Source: an uncultured Ardenticatenaceae bacterium
GTDB lineage: Bacteria > Chloroflexota > Anaerolineae > Promineifilales > Promineifilaceae
Length of the DNA: 64,000 nucleotides
Direction: 5' to 3'
Assembly: GCA_964602995.1 (NCBI GenBank)
Contig: CAZRTM010000003.1
Coordinates: forward strand, 17,142 to 81,141
Numbering within the stretch: the first letter of the stretch is position 1; the number at the start of each line of letters is the position of its first letter. A program made the translations under genes and the position numbers. The notes under the pieces are model-generated. The model was not told the DNA's origin. It was given only the letters and a program-made list of their open reading frames with translations, and did no database searches. Below are positions 20,843 through 29,437 of this stretch, one piece after another.

Positions 20843-21928
20843 CTAGTGGCCCAGCCAGGTAGCGGCCTCACGGGCATGGTAGGTAATAATCAGGTCGGCT
20901 CCCGCACGCTTAATCGACGTCAGCGCCTCGAGAACAGCTTGCTCTTCATCGAGCCAGCCGTTTGCAGCAGCGGCTTTTAGCATGGCATATTCACCGCTGA
21001 CGTTGTAGGCGACCATTGGCAGCTCGGGATGCGCGCTGTGAACGCGGTGGATGACGTCGAGGTAGGGCAGGGCGGGCTTGACCATGAGGAAATCGGCTCC
21101 TTCCTCGACGTCCAACTGCGCCTCGCGCAACGCTTCACGGGCGTTGCCCGGATCCATCTGGTGCGTCTTGCGGTCGCCAAAGCTGGGCGCGCCTTCTGCC
21201 GCCTCACGAAAGGGTCCGTAGAAGGACGAGGCGTATTTCACAGCGTAGGACATGATAGCAACGTTTTGGAAGTCATGACGGTCCAGGTGGCTGCGAATGG
21301 CCCTAACCATACCGTCCATCATCCCGCTGGGCGCCACGATATCCGCCCCGGCTTCGGCATGGGCCAGCGCCACACGTGCCAAAATAGGTAATGTCTCATC
21401 GTTTAGAACATAGCCTTCTTCGAGGTGAGTATGAGGGCGTTCGCCGCCGTTGGCGCTGTTTAGCAGGCCGCAATGGCCATGGTCGGTATATTCACAGAGG
21501 CAGACGTCGGTGACTACAACCAGTTCGGGAACGGCGTCTTTGATGGTGCGGATGGCCTGGGGAATGATGCCATCAGGGTTGAAATTTTCCTGGCCCACGG
21601 GATCCTTCTCGGCCGGGATACCAAAGAGGACGACGGCTGGAATTGATTGGGCGGCAATTTGCTCTGCTTCCCGCGCCAACTGGTCCACGGAAAGCTGGAA
21701 GATGCCTGGCATGGAGCTGATGGGATTGCGTACACCGGCGCCATGGGTGACGAACAGCGGGTAGATGAAATCCCCGGCGCTGATTTCTGTTTCGCGCACC
21801 ATGCGCCTGATGGCCGGTGTGGCGCGCAGGCGGCGCGGGCGCACGGTGGGCGTGGGGAATCCGCCGTGCTGTTCTGCGCTCAGTGGGGCAGAGGCTTCCT
21901 GTGAGGCAGGTGCTTTCTCTTGTAACAT
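20843..21928 (-). CDS. hemB: Porphobilinogen synthase (zinc type)
   Basis: [14 protein letters not shown] cysteine-rich zinc site and the Schiff-base lysine motif [12 protein letters not shown]. Confidence 0.93.
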   Translation of the reverse strand: MLQEKAPASQEASAPLSAEQHGGFPTPTVRPRRLRATPAIRRMVRETEISAGDFIYPLFVTHGAGVRNPISSMPGIFQLSVDQLAREAEQIAAQSIPAVVLFGIPAEKDPVGQENFNPDGIIPQAIRTIKDAVPELVVVTDVCLCEYTDHGHCGLLNSANGGERPHTHLEEGYVLNDETLPILARVALAHAEAGADIVAPSGMMDGMVRAIRSHLDRHDFQNVAIMSYAVKYASSFYGPFREAAEGAPSFGDRKTHQMDPGNAREALREAQLDVEEGADFLMVKPALPYLDVIHRVHSAHPELPMVAYNVSGEYAMLKAAAANGWLDEEQAVLEALTSIKRAGADLIITYHAREAATWLGH

Positions 21929-21934
21929 GCTCTC

Positions 21935-23680
21935 TTAACTCCTCAGGGCAGCGCGGCTGTTGTCATTCTCATAGTATCTGACCAGAGCCTCGACCAGCCC
22001 GTCCATTGTATACTTTGCGGCCACGACATCGGCGGGAATATCCAGCTCAGTGGCGGTTCCTGCGGTAATGGGTCCAATGCAGGCAACGACGGCATTGTGG
22101 GTCAATCGTTGTGCTGCGGCTGGGCCGCCAACAAGGTCAACGAAGTTGCGCACGGTTGACGAGCTGGTGAAGGTGATGGCATCAGTGTTTTCCAGCCGTT
22201 GTAGCACTTTATCGTCGGGGCTGGCCGGCAGGGTATGGTAGGTAGCGATTTCTTCGACGTTGGCGCCGTTCTCGTTCAGCATATCGGCGAGAGTGGTGCG
22301 GGCCTGCTCGGCGCGTGGCAGAAGAATGGAAAGGCCTTCAACATTACCCAGCCCTTCTGCAATGCGTTCGGCAACAAATTCATCGGGGATAAAATCGACG
22401 TCCACGCCTCGCCCGGCAAGGGCGCGCCCGGTGGCAGGGCCAATAGCGGCGACCTGCACCTGGCGAAGGCTGCTTGCATCCAGGCTGGCGGCCAGGAGCC
22501 GTTCCCAGAAGATCTCCACGCCATTGACGCTGGTGAAGATAATCCAGTCATAGTGCTGCAGCCTGCGTATGGCATCGTCCAGCTCGGTCGTGTCGGCAAC
22601 CGGCGCAATTTTAATGGTGGGAAAGAAGATGGGTGTAGCGCCCAGGTTAATAAGACGCTCTGCCAGCTCTGGCGCCTGGGCGCGGGTGCGCGTGATCACA
22701 ATGCGCCTCCCATGCAGAGGCAGTTGTTGCACTGCTTTGCCGGTGCTCCTGGTCACGTCTTCCAGAATGGCGTTTGCGCCTTGCTGCAGGGCCTCTTGCG
22801 CCAACTTGTGGCCCAGCTCATAAGGGTCGTCATCTCGTCCGCTGACTCGAATGAGCCGGCCACCATTGGGCGCGGCAATAAGCCCGGTCATTTCCATATC
22901 GCCACCATTCACCGGCCGGGCATAAGCGGCAATGGGAGCTGAGCAGCCACCGCCCAGCGTTTGCAGAAAATGCCGTTCGGCTGTGGTAGTCTGGCGCGTC
23001 TTGTCGTCGTCGATGCGGGCCAGAAGCGCCAGCGTCTCTTCATCGTCGGCCCGGCACTGCACGGCCACGGCGCCCTGCCCCGGCGCCGGTAGCATCACGT
23101 CCAGCGCCAGCCAGTCAGAAACCAGGTCATCCATCCCTAAGCGCTGCAGGCCGGCGGCGGCCAATACAGCGGCGTTGTAGTCGTCGCTCTCCAATGCCTT
23201 CTTCACTCGCGTGCCCACATTGCCCCGAATCGACTTAACGACCAGATCGGGGCGGACCGCCAGTAGCTGGGCCTGGCGGCGCAGGCTGCTGGTGCCGATG
23301 ATGGAGCCGGGCGGCAACGTTTCAAGCGTGTGGCCGTTGCGCGCTACGAGTCCATCGCGCACATCACCGCGAGCCGGTATGGCGCCGATGGTCAGGCCAG
23401 GCGCGTTCTGGACCGGAAGGTCTTTCAGGGAATGGACGGCAATGTCGATGACGCCCTCGCGCAAGGCTTTCTCCAGTTCGGCGGTAAATAGACCTTTGCC
23501 GCCGATTTGTGGCAAAGGTTGGTCAAGGCTCTTATCGCCGCGTGTTACAAACGGTTTTATGTCGCAGGCGAGACCGGGCCACGCTTGTTGCAAAAGGTTG
23601 ACAATGTACTCTGTCTGCCAGCGGGCGAGTTCGGAGGTGCGCGTTCCTATGCTCAGGGTACGGGTTGGTACAGAATTCAT
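21935..23680 (-). CDS. hemC: Fused hydroxymethylbilane synthase / uroporphyrinogen-III synthase
   Basis: The N-terminal half is HemC-like (IGTRTSELARWQ, SLKDLP). The C-terminal half is HemD-like (RRIVITRTRAQAPELAERL..GA.P). Single 581-aa ORF. Confidence 0.9.
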   Translation of the reverse strand: MNSVPTRTLSIGTRTSELARWQTEYIVNLLQQAWPGLACDIKPFVTRGDKSLDQPLPQIGGKGLFTAELEKALREGVIDIAVHSLKDLPVQNAPGLTIGAIPARGDVRDGLVARNGHTLETLPPGSIIGTSSLRRQAQLLAVRPDLVVKSIRGNVGTRVKKALESDDYNAAVLAAAGLQRLGMDDLVSDWLALDVMLPAPGQGAVAVQCRADDEETLALLARIDDDKTRQTTTAERHFLQTLGGGCSAPIAAYARPVNGGDMEMTGLIAAPNGGRLIRVSGRDDDPYELGHKLAQEALQQGANAILEDVTRSTGKAVQQLPLHGRRIVITRTRAQAPELAERLINLGATPIFFPTIKIAPVADTTELDDAIRRLQHYDWIIFTSVNGVEIFWERLLAASLDASSLRQVQVAAIGPATGRALAGRGVDVDFIPDEFVAERIAEGLGNVEGLSILLPRAEQARTTLADMLNENGANVEEIATYHTLPASPDDKVLQRLENTDAITFTSSSTVRNFVDLVGGPAAAQRLTHNAVVACIGPITAGTATELDIPADVVAAKYTMDGLVEALVRYYENDNSRAALRS

Positions 23681-23683
23681 CAG

Positions 23684-25006
23684 TTACTTTTCAGTTTCAG
23701 GATTCAGGTTAAACAGGTCGCGCATGGTCGCCGCGTAGGTCTCGGCCTCGCCGTTGGTTGCTTTCTGACGTAGCCGGATGGTTGGCTCGTGCAATAGTTT
23801 GTTGACCAGCGAGCGGGAGAGATGCTGGAGGTGCCGCAGGGTTTCGGGATCAAGATCCTCGCCCAGATGGCGCAGCGTCCGTTGTAGCTCTCGCTGGCGA
23901 ATCGCTTCCGCTTTCTGCCGCAAATCGGTGATGACGGGCGCCACCACAAACTGCCGGTACTCTTTTTCAACGGCTGTCACTTCCTGGGCGATAATTTCCT
24001 CAACCAGCGGCACTTCCTTCTGCCGGGCTGCCAGCGCCTGATCTAGCGTATTTTGCAGATTGTCCATGTTAAAAAGCTGAACGCCTTGCAGCTCGCCGAC
24101 GGCGGGGTCCACGTCACGAGGGACGGCGATGTCGATGAGAACCAGCGGTGTCTGGCGTTGCTGGAGCTGTGCTCTATGAGCGACTTCCAGGTCAATCAGG
24201 GTGTGTGGGGATGCTGTCGCACTAAAGACAACATCAGCCGCCTGCATCGCGCCGGGCAGCTCGTCCAGCGAATAAACGGTACCGCTCCAGCTCTGCGCAA
24301 TGCTGGCCGCGGTATCGACTGTGCGGTTGACGAGCGCCAGATTTTGCACCCCACGCTTTTGCAGCGCGCTCACTGTGAGCCGGCCCATTTGACCGATGCC
24401 GACCACCAGGACCCGGCGCTCTTGCAGATTACCTACAATCTGCTCGGCCAATGCAATTGCTACAGAGCTAATGGTGGCCGGATTGCTGCTGATGCGCGTC
24501 TCGTTACGCGCTCGTTTGCCGGCGCGAATGGCGCCGCGAAACAGCACGGTGAGGGCGGCGCCAATGGCGCCTGTCTCGATGCCCCGCATGAAGACGTCGC
24601 TCACCTGGCCCAGAATTTGTGGTTCACCCAGAACGAGCGAGTCCAGCCCGGCGGCCACGCGCGCCAGGTGTTCGATGACGTGGCTCCCTGAGTAGCAGTA
24701 GATCTGTTCCTGTTCGGTAGCGTTCAGCTCAACCTGGTAGGCGTCGCGCAACAAGGCCAGTAACAGGTGGCGTGGATTGCCGGCTTCAGGCTCAATGGCG
24801 GCATAGAGTTCGATGCGGTTGCAGGTTGAGAGAACGGCCAGTTCGCTGATGGAGGCAAACTCGGCCGGTAGCTCGTCTGGCAGGAGCGGGGTGGGTAGGG
24901 CGCGGCAGATACGCTCGCGCAGGGCAACCGGAGCCGTGTGATGGCTAAGTCCAAGGCAGGTTATTTGCATAATTGGCGTCATATTCCTGGGCATATTCAT
25001 CGGCAA
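23684..25006 (-). CDS. hemA: Glutamyl-tRNA reductase (the true start may be MQITCLG at 24970)
   Basis: GLSHHTAPVALRE, the active-site motif LSTCNRIELY, and the NADPH fold VVGIGQMG. Confidence 0.9.
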   Translation of the reverse strand: MPMNMPRNMTPIMQITCLGLSHHTAPVALRERICRALPTPLLPDELPAEFASISELAVLSTCNRIELYAAIEPEAGNPRHLLLALLRDAYQVELNATEQEQIYCYSGSHVIEHLARVAAGLDSLVLGEPQILGQVSDVFMRGIETGAIGAALTVLFRGAIRAGKRARNETRISSNPATISSVAIALAEQIVGNLQERRVLVVGIGQMGRLTVSALQKRGVQNLALVNRTVDTAASIAQSWSGTVYSLDELPGAMQAADVVFSATASPHTLIDLEVAHRAQLQQRQTPLVLIDIAVPRDVDPAVGELQGVQLFNMDNLQNTLDQALAARQKEVPLVEEIIAQEVTAVEKEYRQFVVAPVITDLRQKAEAIRQRELQRTLRHLGEDLDPETLRHLQHLSRSLVNKLLHEPTIRLRQKATNGEAETYAATMRDLFNLNPETEK

Positions 25007-25610
25007 TTGCCAGGTGAACGGCGTTCAGTAAAACGTTTATGCGCCGTAACAGGCGCAGACTGGCCTCAGGCCGAATATGGGTGTTTTCGGGAAGGTGGAG
25101 CGCAGTTTCCACCAGGGTGTCGCGGAAGAACATGGCGGCGCGAATGGCAACCGTCAGCGGCATGCGCTCTTCCAGGGCCATCTGTGCATATTCCTTCCCA
25201 ATCTGGTGCGCTTCCTGTAACAGCTCTTCGTCTCCTTCTTCGGATAGATAGCGCAGGGTCAGCCCCATCAGCCGCTGTCCAAGGGTGCGATGGCGCGCTC
25301 GCGCTTCATCATCGAATTGCGACAACCATTGCTCGTTACTGTGGACGACGATCTCCTGACGGGCCTGTGTCAACGCTTCATTGGCCCATAGTTGCGCCAG
25401 GCCGTTTACGTGGCGCAGGCCATGCCGCGCCTCAGCAAACTGGGCGAGATCGGAGCTGGCGAAGCGACGGTGCCCGCCGGGGGTGAGCATGACCGGTATT
25501 TCGCCGTTGTCAGCCCATCGCCGCAGAGTAGAAGGATGTACGTTCAATTGGGCGGCGGCACGGCTCAAAGGCAGCCATTCTTCTGTGCCGGTAGCGGGAT
25601 GCTTGCTCAT
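24945..25610 (-). CDS. MerR/excisionase-type HTH protein with helical C-terminal sensor-like domain
   Basis: N-terminal LSRAAAQLNVHPSTLRRWADNGEIP...GGHRRF HTH, followed by an all-helical C-terminal domain of about 150 aa. Its stop overlaps the hemA start region. Confidence 0.7.
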   Translation of the reverse strand: MSKHPATGTEEWLPLSRAAAQLNVHPSTLRRWADNGEIPVMLTPGGHRRFASSDLAQFAEARHGLRHVNGLAQLWANEALTQARQEIVVHSNEQWLSQFDDEARARHRTLGQRLMGLTLRYLSEEGDEELLQEAHQIGKEYAQMALEERMPLTVAIRAAMFFRDTLVETALHLPENTHIRPEASLRLLRRINVLLNAVHLAIADEYAQEYDANYANNLPWT

Positions 25611-25664
25611 CGAAAAGCCTCAACAAAGCTATCAAAATCTAACTAAATCTATGCGCTTGTGAAA

Positions 25665-25692
25665 ATTATACCGAGGAGGGTATGGGTGTCAA
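25665..25692 (-). promoter_or_regulatory. Near-consensus sigma-70 promoter for the HTH-hemA operon
   Basis: Minus strand reads TTGACA-16 nt-TATAAT, about 55 nt upstream of ATG 25610. Confidence 0.6.
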
Positions 25693-25721
25693 GCCAGGTG
25701 GGAGCTGCTGATAGGTATTGC

Positions 25722-27209
25722 TTAGCTTGCCGTAACTGTGCGAGCTTCCAACAGCGCCTGCACGGTGAGTTGGGCCTGGTGGATGCAATCGGGGATGCCG
25801 ACGCCACGGTAGGGGCTTCCTGAGACATAGATGCCGGATGGGAGCGCGGCCTCAATAGCCGAGACTCGCTGCAAGTGCCCGACGTCATATTGGGGATTGG
25901 CATTGTGCCAGCGATAGATGCGGTGGAAGAGGGGGGTGGCTGTGATGCCCATCAGTTGTTCTAGCTCGCGGCGGACAATGGTCAGCAGCGTGCCGTCGTC
26001 GACATCCACCATTTCCGGCCGGCGCGAGCCGCCAAAGAAGACGCGCAGCAAGGCGTGTCCCTGAGGTGCGCGGCGGTCGAATTTTGTGGAGGTCCAGGTG
26101 ATGGCGTTGATAGAGCGCTGTTCGCTGCGCGAGATGACGACGCCGAAGCCGTCGAGCGGGTGCGCTATCTCGTCCAGATGGTAACCCAGGGAAATGGTGC
26201 CGGTACTCACATAGCGGATACCGTTCAGTTCCGCGGCGGCGTCGGGGGCAAAAGGTTGCAAGAGTGCTGCCGCCGCATAGGCCGGGATGGCCAGGAGCAC
26301 GGCGTCGGCTTCCAGCTCGCTCTCCCCGCCGTTCAGGATGAGCCGGTAGCGTCCATCGTGTGGCTGCAGCGCGCTGACTGTAGTGTTCAGGAAGCGGTCG
26401 CCGCTCAGAGCGTTGTCCAGGGCGGTAATCAGCTCGCCCATGCCCTGTTGGAAGGAGATGAACATGGCCGACGGCCGGTTGCCTGATTCCGTGCTGTCCT
26501 GATTTGCTGCGCGCTTCTGCTGGCCGGCCAGCATGCCGCGGATCAGGCTGCCATGCTCCTTTTCTAGCTGGCGGAAGCGGGGAAAGGTGGCCAGCAGGCT
26601 CTGGCGATCCGATTCGGCATTATAAATGCCTGCCAGCAGTGGCTCTGCCAGGCGGTCCAGCGCTTCGAAGCCTAGGCGGCGGGTGATAAAAGTGGCCAAT
26701 GTTTCGTCATCATCACCGGGACGGGGTGGAATAACGAGATCCAGGGCCATGCGCAGCTTGCCCAACGGACTAAGCAGTGGCGAGCGCACAAAGGGGAGGA
26801 TTTTGGTGGGGACGATCAGCCGTAGTCCGTCGGGCATGGGCAGCGGCCGGCCCTTGTTGAGAACGAACACCTTGCGGCGGTCGTCGTTGGTGGGCAACAT
26901 GCGCTCTTCCATTCCCAGCTCGCGGGCCAGCTCTAAGGCCCACGGTTTCTGTGTGATGAAGGAGTCAGGCCCCGCTTCGATGATGAAGGGTTGTCGGGCG
27001 GCGGTTACCACCTCATCGGTCAGAACTTTGCCGCCCCAACGCTCGCTTTGCTCAAGCAGCGTATAGCGGATGTTGCCCTCGTCATTGGCTGCTTGCTGTA
27101 AGTACCAGGCAGCGCTGAGACCCGTAATGCCGCCGCCAACAATGGCGACGTGAAATTCATTAGTAGAGTGCGGTGTTCGTGAGCGGTCAGTCGTAGAGAG
27201 ATTGGTCAT
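25722..27209 (-). CDS. hemY: Coproporphyrinogen/protoporphyrinogen oxidase (HemY type)
   Basis: FAD fold VAIVGGGITGLSAAWYL and a HemY-like length. The likely start is MTNLST at 27209; the ORF track extends to 27347. Confidence 0.88.
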   Translation of the reverse strand: MTNLSTTDRSRTPHSTNEFHVAIVGGGITGLSAAWYLQQAANDEGNIRYTLLEQSERWGGKVLTDEVVTAARQPFIIEAGPDSFITQKPWALELARELGMEERMLPTNDDRRKVFVLNKGRPLPMPDGLRLIVPTKILPFVRSPLLSPLGKLRMALDLVIPPRPGDDDETLATFITRRLGFEALDRLAEPLLAGIYNAESDRQSLLATFPRFRQLEKEHGSLIRGMLAGQQKRAANQDSTESGNRPSAMFISFQQGMGELITALDNALSGDRFLNTTVSALQPHDGRYRLILNGGESELEADAVLLAIPAYAAAALLQPFAPDAAAELNGIRYVSTGTISLGYHLDEIAHPLDGFGVVISRSEQRSINAITWTSTKFDRRAPQGHALLRVFFGGSRRPEMVDVDDGTLLTIVRRELEQLMGITATPLFHRIYRWHNANPQYDVGHLQRVSAIEAALPSGIYVSGSPYRGVGIPDCIHQAQLTVQALLEARTVTAS

Positions 27210-27828
27210 AAGGATAGATTGGTTCAGAAGACGATGTTTGTGCGGGTTGCGGCTTGCGCGCCAGGAGCCGGGCGGCCAGCGCGCCGGTAAGGAAGCCAAA
27301 GAGATGAGCTTCCCAGGAGATGCCAGGCTCTTGCGGCAACACGCCAAGGATTAGACCGCCATAGAAGAAAGCCACAACAAGCGCAATGAGAATCGATTGG
27401 GGGCTGCGCTCGAAGTAACCGCGCAACAGGAGGAAGCCGAAATAGGCGAAAATGACGCCACTGGCGCCGATATAGACGGCGTTGGAGGAACCGAAAAACC
27501 ACAGCCCGGTCCCGGTCAGCAACATCGAAAAGGCCGTAACAATAATGAAGTCGGCGGTACTGCGCAGCATGACGAGCCAACCCAGAATCAGGAAGGGCAT
27601 CGTGTTGGCTGTGAGATGGGCCAGGCCGCCATGGAGGAGCGGCATCAGGAAGATGCCCCAGAGGCCGGAAAGCTGACGGGGCCAGACGCCGAGAGCGTTC
27701 AGCCCCTGCTGGAAGAACAGGATGTCAACTATTTCCAGGAGCCACATAATAGAGATCGTGCTACCCAGGATTGTTACCTGTTGTTTGAACCGGCCGGCGG
27801 CTCGCTGCACCCGAGATTGTTCTATCAT
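27187..27828 (-). CDS. Rhomboid family intramembrane serine protease
   Basis: HLTAN motif, GASGVIFAYFG catalytic serine motif and a downstream His-containing TM segment. Confidence 0.85.
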   Translation of the reverse strand: MIEQSRVQRAAGRFKQQVTILGSTISIMWLLEIVDILFFQQGLNALGVWPRQLSGLWGIFLMPLLHGGLAHLTANTMPFLILGWLVMLRSTADFIIVTAFSMLLTGTGLWFFGSSNAVYIGASGVIFAYFGFLLLRGYFERSPQSILIALVVAFFYGGLILGVLPQEPGISWEAHLFGFLTGALAARLLARKPQPAQTSSSEPIYPYDQSLYD

Positions 27829-28033
27829 TGTCGTTTCATGATTTATTTATGCTACATTCCCTTCAATTAAAGCAGCGGCGCCTGGAGATGCAAAAAGTGG
27901 CGTTCGACGATCTGCGGCCGGTGCTGCTTTTGGGATTGTGTTTAAGGCTGCTAAAATAGCTTCAGTTTCTTTACGGAAGTGCCATCGCGCCGGTTTCATA
28001 CCCGCTGCAAAGCAATATAGTGGAGGAGATGCT

Positions 28034-29182
28034 ATGAACTTTGAATTGAGCGAAGAACAACAGCAATTTCGCGACCTGGTTCACAACTTTGTGGCCAGGG
28101 AAGTGCGGCCCCATGCCCATGAGGTTGATGAGGAGGCGCGGTTTAACTGGGAGGCTGTGCGTAAGATGGGGCCGTTGGGCCTCCTCGGGCTGGAAGTGCC
28201 CATGGAGTATGGCGGCGCTGAAGTAGACGCTATCAGCGCTGCGATTGCTATTGAAGAGCTGGGGTGGGGCTGTGGTTCGACGGCGCTGGCTATCTCAGCC
28301 CACAATGGGCTGGCGCTGGGACCTATCGTCAATTATGGCAGCGAGACGCAAAAGGAAAAGTGGCTGCCCAAACTGGCGGCGGGCGAAGGACAGCTGGCCT
28401 GCCTGGCGCTGACCGAACCGGGAGCTGGTTCAGATTTGCAGGGTGGGGTGCGCACAAAGGCTGTGCGCGACGGTGACGAGTGGGTGATTAATGGCAGCAA
28501 GATGTGGATGACCAACGCTTCCATCTCGGATCTGATGGTCGTGTTGTGCCGCACGGACAGCGCGGGAGGCAGCCGTAGCCTGAGTATGATTCTGGTCCCC
28601 AGCGATACACCGGGCATTACAATTGGCCCCGCGGAGAAGAAGATGGGCCTGAAAGGGTCGCCCACGCACGCCGTCACTTTCGACAACGTGCGCGTTCCAG
28701 CGGAGAATCTGCTGGGCGAGGAAGGGCGCGGCCTGCAGCAGACGCTGGCCACGTTGGACAATGGGCGTATTGGCATCGGCGCTCTGGCCCTGGGACTGGC
28801 GCAGGCTGCCTATGAAGAAGCGGTACGGTATGCGAAGGAGCGGGAGGCGTTCGGCAAACCGATTGCTAACTTCCAGGCCATCCAGTGGATGATAGCGGAC
28901 GCGGCAACAGAGATTGAAGCGGCGCGGCTCATGGTTTACTATGCCGCCTGGCGCAAACAACAGAGTCTCTCTTATAGTAAAGAGGCAGCTATGGCCAAAC
29001 TGTTTTCCACCGAAGTGAGCGAGCGCGTTTGCCGCAATGCGATCCAGGTGCATGGCGGTTATGGCTACAGCCGTGAGTTTCCGGTGGAGCGCATCTACCG
29101 CGATACGCGCCTGATGACGATTGGCGAGGGAACCAGCGAAATCCAGCGGCTGGTCATTGCCCGGCGCATTCTGGACCTTTAG
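28034..29182 (+). CDS. Acyl-CoA dehydrogenase
   Basis: ALTEPGAGSD, QVHGGYGYSREFPVERIYRD and IGEGTSEIQ. SD GGAGGAG precedes ATG 28034; the ORF track start 27938 is probably too long. Confidence 0.9.
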   Translation: MNFELSEEQQQFRDLVHNFVAREVRPHAHEVDEEARFNWEAVRKMGPLGLLGLEVPMEYGGAEVDAISAAIAIEELGWGCGSTALAISAHNGLALGPIVNYGSETQKEKWLPKLAAGEGQLACLALTEPGAGSDLQGGVRTKAVRDGDEWVINGSKMWMTNASISDLMVVLCRTDSAGGSRSLSMILVPSDTPGITIGPAEKKMGLKGSPTHAVTFDNVRVPAENLLGEEGRGLQQTLATLDNGRIGIGALALGLAQAAYEEAVRYAKEREAFGKPIANFQAIQWMIADAATEIEAARLMVYYAAWRKQQSLSYSKEAAMAKLFSTEVSERVCRNAIQVHGGYGYSREFPVERIYRDTRLMTIGEGTSEIQRLVIARRILDL

Positions 29183-29193
29183 GTAAGAACTTT

Positions 29194-29307
29194 ATGATGC
29201 CCCTGGTTGGCGCAGGCGAAATCTTTGTCATTGCCGCCATCGTACTGGCCATCTTTCTGCTCGCGTTTCTGTTCCGCCTGTTTCGTAGCTGGCAAGAAAG
29301 AGGTTAA
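29194..29307 (+). CDS. Possible 37-aa single-TM peptide (MMPLVGAGEIFVIAAIVLAIFLLAFLFRLFRSWQERG)
   Basis: Short ORF 12 nt after the acyl-CoA dehydrogenase stop, with one clear hydrophobic helix and a weak SD (AGGTAAG). It is below the 60-aa cut-off of the ORF track. Confidence 0.3.
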   Translation: MMPLVGAGEIFVIAAIVLAIFLLAFLFRLFRSWQERG

Positions 29308-29400
29308 TACTTGTCTATTGCTAATGGTATCCTGGTGACAGTTATGTATAATTAAGAGTCGCCCATTTGGGTGTGTTGAGAAGGTCGAGAAGAAGTGTTT

Positions 29401-29435
29401 AAGCGGTTGCGGCCTGTTCGCGGCCGCTTTTGTTG
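29401..29435 (+). terminator. Intrinsic-terminator-like hairpin immediately upstream of prfC
   Basis: AAGCGGTTGCGG-cctgt-TCGCGGCCGCTT forms a roughly 12-bp stem including G-U pairs, followed by TTTTGTTG. Confidence 0.4.
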
Positions 29436-29437
29436 TA

